Shown: positions 59,978-64,000 of the stretch, piece after piece | Layout of the letters: every line of letters starts with the position of its first letter | Numbering within the stretch: the first letter of the stretch is position 1 | Origin: Thermoplasmata archaeon | Lineage (GTDB): Archaea; Thermoplasmatota; Thermoplasmata; RBG-16-68-12 | Assembly (NCBI GenBank): GCA_036395115.1 | Contig: DASWDU010000034.1 | Span: 14,941 to 78,940 of the forward strand | DNA length: 64,000 bases | Reading direction: 5' to 3' | The notes under the pieces: generated by a model | What the model saw: only the letters and a program-made list of their open reading frames with translations | Database searches by the model: none | What the model was told of the DNA's origin: nothing | Program-made: the position numbers and the translations under genes

Positions 59978-60409
59978 GTGGCTCGCCCGAAGCCGTCGAT
60001 CCTCGTCTCTCCGGACGCGCGGTTCGAGGTGCTCGAGATCCGGCGTCTTCGCGGTCACGAACAGATTCGACGCGCGCTCCTCAAAGAGCTCACGGAGCGG
60101 ATTCAGCGGGACGGCTACATCAAGAGGCCGATTCTCGTAGCGGACCGCCACTTCGTGATCTTGGACGGCCACCATCGCGTCGAGGCGTTGCGCGCGCTCG
60201 GTTGCAACCGCATCCCCGCGTACGTCGTCGACTATTTCTCGGCGATCGTGAACCTAGGCACGTGGCCCGATGCGGTCGTGGCCACGGTCACGAAGGACGA
60301 GGTGATCCGCCGTGGGCTGAGAGACGATCGCTTCCCCCCGAAGACGACGCGTCACACGGTGCGGGTCGAACTCGAGGACCGACCGACGGACCTCGAGGAT
60401 CTGGTGTGA
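59978..60409 (+). CDS. ParB/sulfiredoxin-superfamily nuclease-domain protein
   Basis: 'ILDGHHRVEALRALG' ParB-N motif (DGxHR). Confidence 0.6.
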   Translation: MARPKPSILVSPDARFEVLEIRRLRGHEQIRRALLKELTERIQRDGYIKRPILVADRHFVILDGHHRVEALRALGCNRIPAYVVDYFSAIVNLGTWPDAVVATVTKDEVIRRGLRDDRFPPKTTRHTVRVELEDRPTDLEDLV

Positions 60410-61375
60410 TCACGGTCCGGCCGGGGGCGGCGGGTTCCCCGGAGGAGGAGCGGGGCGTCGGAGCCGGCGTCGCACCAAGAACACGACGACGATGGACGCC
60501 GCCGCCGCGACGACGACCACAATCGCCCAGTCCGAGGTCGTGAGGCCGAAGAATCGCGGGGGTTCGAGCGCCTGGTACCGATACGACATGAGTTCGCTCG
60601 TCGCGATGGGCTCCGTCCCGGTCCCGTTATACGCCTCGGTCCGCACGTCGTTCCCCGCGGCGGGAGCGAAGAACCGGAGGCGGGACGTGCCGTCCGGGAA
60701 GTCCTCGCGGATCCGGAACGCGTCGAAATGCCCCGCGGGGGTGTCCACGGTCGCTGGGGCCTCGAGGGTGTACGTGACGTTCGTCCACGCAAGTCCCGCG
60801 GAGTCGATCGGCGGCGTCGGGAATCCTATCGAGATGCCAAAGTGCTCCGAGAAATTCAGTTCGCTCCGGACGACGGCCGTCGCGCCGACCGAGAGCGGGA
60901 AGAGCCACGTATCCTCCACGAGGCGGAAGACGCTCGTGTTCTGGACCCGGAGGTGGAACGGGAGCAGGTAAGGGGCTACGTAGACCGTCCCGTTCGCCTC
61001 GAGATCGAGGGTGCTGTTGACCGTCTTCATCCCCCGGCTCTCGATCGTTTCCTCCGCCGTCAGGACCCATGTGCCGGAGGCGGGTGCGCTGATGAAGCTA
61101 GTCGTGAGACGTCCCGAGGCGGTGCCCGAGCCGTTCACCTCAACCCGGTACGCGTCGTACGGTGTGCCTTCGACCACGAACGTACCATGGTCCGTCACCC
61201 TCTCGGTTACTTGCCCATCGAGGAAGAAGTTGGCCGCAAGCGTGGTGTTCGTGCGGTAGGTCCACGTATCGCCGGGCGTGAGGACGGGCGCGTCGACGCT
61301 CGCATTCGGTGCGGCGACCGGAGAGAGCGACAGGACGAAGAGGAGCAGGCCCGCGATCGCGGCGAGAGCGCGCAC
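60410..61375 (-). CDS. Secreted/membrane-anchored glycoprotein-like protein
   Basis: Signal peptide 'MRALAAIAGLLLFVLSLSPVAA'; many N-x-S/T sequons; C-terminal TM 'WAIVVVVAAAASIVVVFLV' plus a basic tail. Confidence 0.6.
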   Translation of the reverse strand: MRALAAIAGLLLFVLSLSPVAAPNASVDAPVLTPGDTWTYRTNTTLAANFFLDGQVTERVTDHGTFVVEGTPYDAYRVEVNGSGTASGRLTTSFISAPASGTWVLTAEETIESRGMKTVNSTLDLEANGTVYVAPYLLPFHLRVQNTSVFRLVEDTWLFPLSVGATAVVRSELNFSEHFGISIGFPTPPIDSAGLAWTNVTYTLEAPATVDTPAGHFDAFRIREDFPDGTSRLRFFAPAAGNDVRTEAYNGTGTEPIATSELMSYRYQALEPPRFFGLTTSDWAIVVVVAAAASIVVVFLVRRRLRRPAPPPGNPPPPAGP

Positions 61376-61413
61376 GCTCGTCCATTCGGCTGGACTCGAT
61401 TAAGGTTATTGGT

Positions 61414-61920
61414 TCAGCGCCCGGATTCGAGGGTCCGGCCCTTCGAGCCCGGGCGGATTCGGAGGCGCCCGCCGAACTCACGGTGGAGGGCCGCTCCTCC
61501 GAGGAGGCGATCCAGGAAGACGGCCAGCGCGGCGACCTCGGAGTGCGGCTGGTTGCCCACCGCCACGTTCGCGTCGACGAGGCGGTACACGTCCCCGGGG
61601 ACTTTCTCCGCGCCGACGACGACGAGGACATCGTCGGTCGAGATTCGTGGCAGGCTCTCGTACAATTCCATCCCGTACATCGTGAGCTGGACCGTCGTCC
61701 CCGCCCAATCCCGTAGGACCCGGCGCCACGGGACGCCCGTCTCGACGCGGAACGAGCCGCCGAATCGCCGCACGACGTCCCGGACCGTCCGCTCCAGCCT
61801 CGGGTCTTTCGTCGACACCAGGACCGCGTCCGCCCCAAACGCGCGGGCGGTCAGCGCGACGTGGGTCGTCACGCGCCTGTCTCGGCCGGGCCGGTGGCCC
61901 AAGCGGAGGACCGTGATCAC
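61414..61920 (-). CDS. tRNA (cytidine56-2'-O)-methyltransferase aTrm56 (SPOUT)
   Basis: 'MITVLRLGHRPGRDRRVTTHVALTARAFGA' N-terminus characteristic of aTrm56. Confidence 0.8.
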   Translation of the reverse strand: MITVLRLGHRPGRDRRVTTHVALTARAFGADAVLVSTKDPRLERTVRDVVRRFGGSFRVETGVPWRRVLRDWAGTTVQLTMYGMELYESLPRISTDDVLVVVGAEKVPGDVYRLVDANVAVGNQPHSEVAALAVFLDRLLGGAALHREFGGRLRIRPGSKGRTLESGR

Positions 61921-61921
61921 G

Positions 61922-62419
61922 TCATTCCTCGAATCGGATGATCCGGTGGCCTCGGAAGTCGAGGCGAGGCGAGCGCTTCACCAACGCCTTGAGTTTCGTC
62001 TGCGTCACCTGGAGTTTGTCGGCCACGTCCCCGGAGAACTTGCCCTCGGGGCCGACCATCTCGAAGATCTGGGCCTCGATCGCCTCGTACGCCGGTTCGG
62101 GCATCATCGCCGCGTGCAAGACGTCGGAGATTTCCTGGATCGGGGCGGTCGCGTTGATGTGGAACGACGAGTAAAACGCGTGGTAGGCCTTCTCGGGCGA
62201 CGCGGTCGACCCGGTCTGCCATTTCGTCTCGACGAGCTTCATCTTCTCGAAGAATCGGAGGGCATCCGCACCCGGGGCGCCGAACTTCTCCTCAATCTCG
62301 CGCGCGCTCTTCCAGCCCGCGGAAACCTCCTTGAACACTTCGCTCTTGACGTCGCTGTCGACCGCGCGAAGGATCGGCACGAGCTCCGCGACCTCGCTCA
62401 CAACCTTGATGCGATTCAA
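61922..62419 (-). CDS. Hypothetical protein
   Basis: 165-aa ORF 1 nt upstream of aTrm56; no recognised motif. Confidence 0.45.
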   Translation of the reverse strand: MNRIKVVSEVAELVPILRAVDSDVKSEVFKEVSAGWKSAREIEEKFGAPGADALRFFEKMKLVETKWQTGSTASPEKAYHAFYSSFHINATAPIQEISDVLHAAMMPEPAYEAIEAQIFEMVGPEGKFSGDVADKLQVTQTKLKALVKRSPRLDFRGHRIIRFEE

Positions 62420-62706
62420 CCGAACCGACGCGCGATAACCCGGTGTGGCGTTATAAGTTTTAAACCCCTGAGGCCACTGGACGGTACCGTTAAATGGGGG
62501 ACACTGTTGCCCCCGGTCCCCCCCCGGCGCCCGCGACCCGCACGCCGTACGCGATCCTCGGCGACGTCACGCCCGGACCGCCGAAGACCAAGCGGTGCCG
62601 GGGTTGCCCCGCCTCGATACCGACCGATTCGCCAAGTGGCCTCTTTGCTCTCTGCAGGAGCATGGTGCGCGAGGGCGGCGGCACCGGGCTCGGGTTCTGA
62701 CCGAGC

Positions 62707-62937
62707 CTACTCCTTCGTCTCCGTCGTGATCGTATACGTGTACCCCCATCGCCAGCCAGCTCCGCCCGGCCCCCCGACGCAGCCGTGCGCGAGCTTGTCC
62801 TTCTCCCACGCGCGGGCCTCCTTCTCCGTCGTGAACACCCGTTGTTGCCAGTCGCGCGGCATCCCGTGCTCCCGGGCCCTCTGCTGCGGATCGTCCGTGA
62901 GTCCGGCGTACGTCCTTCCAAGATTCGGCCTCGCCAA
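62707..62937 (-). CDS. Small ORF with weak GIY-YIG-like N-terminal pattern
   Basis: '...GRTYAGLTDDPQQRAREHG...' (Y-x-G-x-T...R..EH). Confidence 0.2.
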   Translation of the reverse strand: MARPNLGRTYAGLTDDPQQRAREHGMPRDWQQRVFTTEKEARAWEKDKLAHGCVGGPGGAGWRWGYTYTITTETKE

Positions 62938-63036
62938 TCAGGCACCCTCCGAGCCAAGCCCCATCGGCTCGGGGCACCTTAGAACTTCTCCAGGCCACGA
63001 CAATATCGGCGATCCGTCGCCTCTGATTTCGTCCAC

Positions 63037-63771
63037 TCAAGGCTTCAGGGCTTTACGGACTGCGGCGGCTTGCCTCAGAAGGGCGTCGTGTTTCTCATCC
63101 AGGACACGTACCACTTCGAGACCTTGCTTCACCAAGGAGTGGGTGGTGCAGACGTCGTACATGCCCTCGAGCGTCTTCGGATCGTTCGCTTGAAGAAAGG
63201 CTACGGCCTTGTCGACATAGAAGAGATGAGCGGCCGGGGAATCGACGACCTCTTGCCATGCGGTAGGGCGGTCGTCCAGATGACGAAGAAGGTGCGGATA
63301 ACTTTCGCGGAGAAGGGTTTCAGTGAGCACCGCGTAGTTGCTTGGCAAACCCACCTTATCGCCGGCGATTTGGCTCTGAGAGACATACCTCGGTCCGATT
63401 CGCTCGTTGAACGCCTGAAGCAATCCCGCCTCGCGGACATCCACGATGTGCTGGGTCAGCTTGCGTAGCGCCTCCTGGAACTCGACTGTCGAAGTTCGGA
63501 ACGCTTCGCAGACGGCTTTCTTCCTTCCTCTCAGCCTATCCCAATCCGACGGAGGAATAGAGGACCAAGGTCCGTACGCCAATACCTGTTCAGGCTCGTG
63601 CGATCCGAGACCAACCGCATAGTCGTAGACCGGATTGAGCACCTTTTTCCTGAGTTCGCGTCGATGAGGCGAGCGCAGCGCGAGCACCGCGGCTGCGGCG
63701 CTGACCAGCCCTCCGGCTCCGACGAGGTAGGGCCAAATCGAAACGAGGAAAGAAGCAAGGTCGTCGGCCAT
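63037..63771 (-). CDS. Hypothetical membrane-anchored protein (lower-GC region)
   Basis: N-terminal TM 'LVSIWPYLVGAGGLVSAAAAVLAL'. 244 aa. Confidence 0.45.
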   Translation of the reverse strand: MADDLASFLVSIWPYLVGAGGLVSAAAAVLALRSPHRRELRKKVLNPVYDYAVGLGSHEPEQVLAYGPWSSIPPSDWDRLRGRKKAVCEAFRTSTVEFQEALRKLTQHIVDVREAGLLQAFNERIGPRYVSQSQIAGDKVGLPSNYAVLTETLLRESYPHLLRHLDDRPTAWQEVVDSPAAHLFYVDKAVAFLQANDPKTLEGMYDVCTTHSLVKQGLEVVRVLDEKHDALLRQAAAVRKALKP

Positions 63772-64000
63772 TCCAGCGGTCCGAGAAGCTCGGGGGGCTT
63801 CAAGTTAGCTTGCGCTGAGTATCTGGACGCGGTGGCACGGAGGCGGTCCGAAGACCAGCAGGCCGCGATCCTTCAGGTACCTGGGAAACGCCGGAACGGC
63901 TCGTTCGCAGACAACGCAAACGTAAACGCCGGAGTAGTCCCCCATAGGACGAAGGTACATTCGGTCGGATAGAAAAAGACGCCGCCCCGTGGGGAGCGGC

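Overview
The window reads as a chromosomal segment from a high-GC archaeon, roughly 65-70% GC by eye (not computed). Archaeal markers are a thermosome, TFB, a proteasome beta subunit, aCPSF1/FttA, an archaeal-type AlaRS, aTrm56, a Trm11-like methyltransferase, pyrBI and a tdh-kbl operon. Lower-GC accessory islands are embedded in this housekeeping backbone. Other notable content: (i) an IS630-family element at about 2.5-3.7 kb beside a repeat-domain surface protein; (ii) tandem duplicated ArsB/NhaD-type permeases, the first carrying a G11 homopolymer in its 3' end; (iii) an acyl-CoA dehydrogenase flanked on both sides by seven copies of a TTTTG-N10-CAAAA palindromic motif, followed by a cluster of two thiolases and two DUF35 proteins; (iv) a Ras/Rab-like small GTPase immediately upstream of the methylmalonyl-CoA mutase/MeaB operon, with an antisense tRNA-Arg(CCU); (v) a low-GC island at 32.4-34.2 kb encoding a nucleoside-2-deoxyribosyltransferase-like/wHTH fusion and two tandem HExxH (DUF4157-like) proteins; (vi) a low-GC island at 48.9-54.3 kb encoding three small unknown proteins, a DGQHR (DndB-like, ParB/Srx-fold) protein convergent with a beta-class amino-DNA methyltransferase that has a roughly 200-aa unknown C-terminal domain, flanked by an IS6-family transposase and a zinc-finger/SAM-methyltransferase fusion. 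Item (vi) is my best candidate for an undescribed modification or defence-type module. No CRISPR array or rRNA was seen, and only one tRNA. All calls rest on motif recognition by eye; no database search was run.
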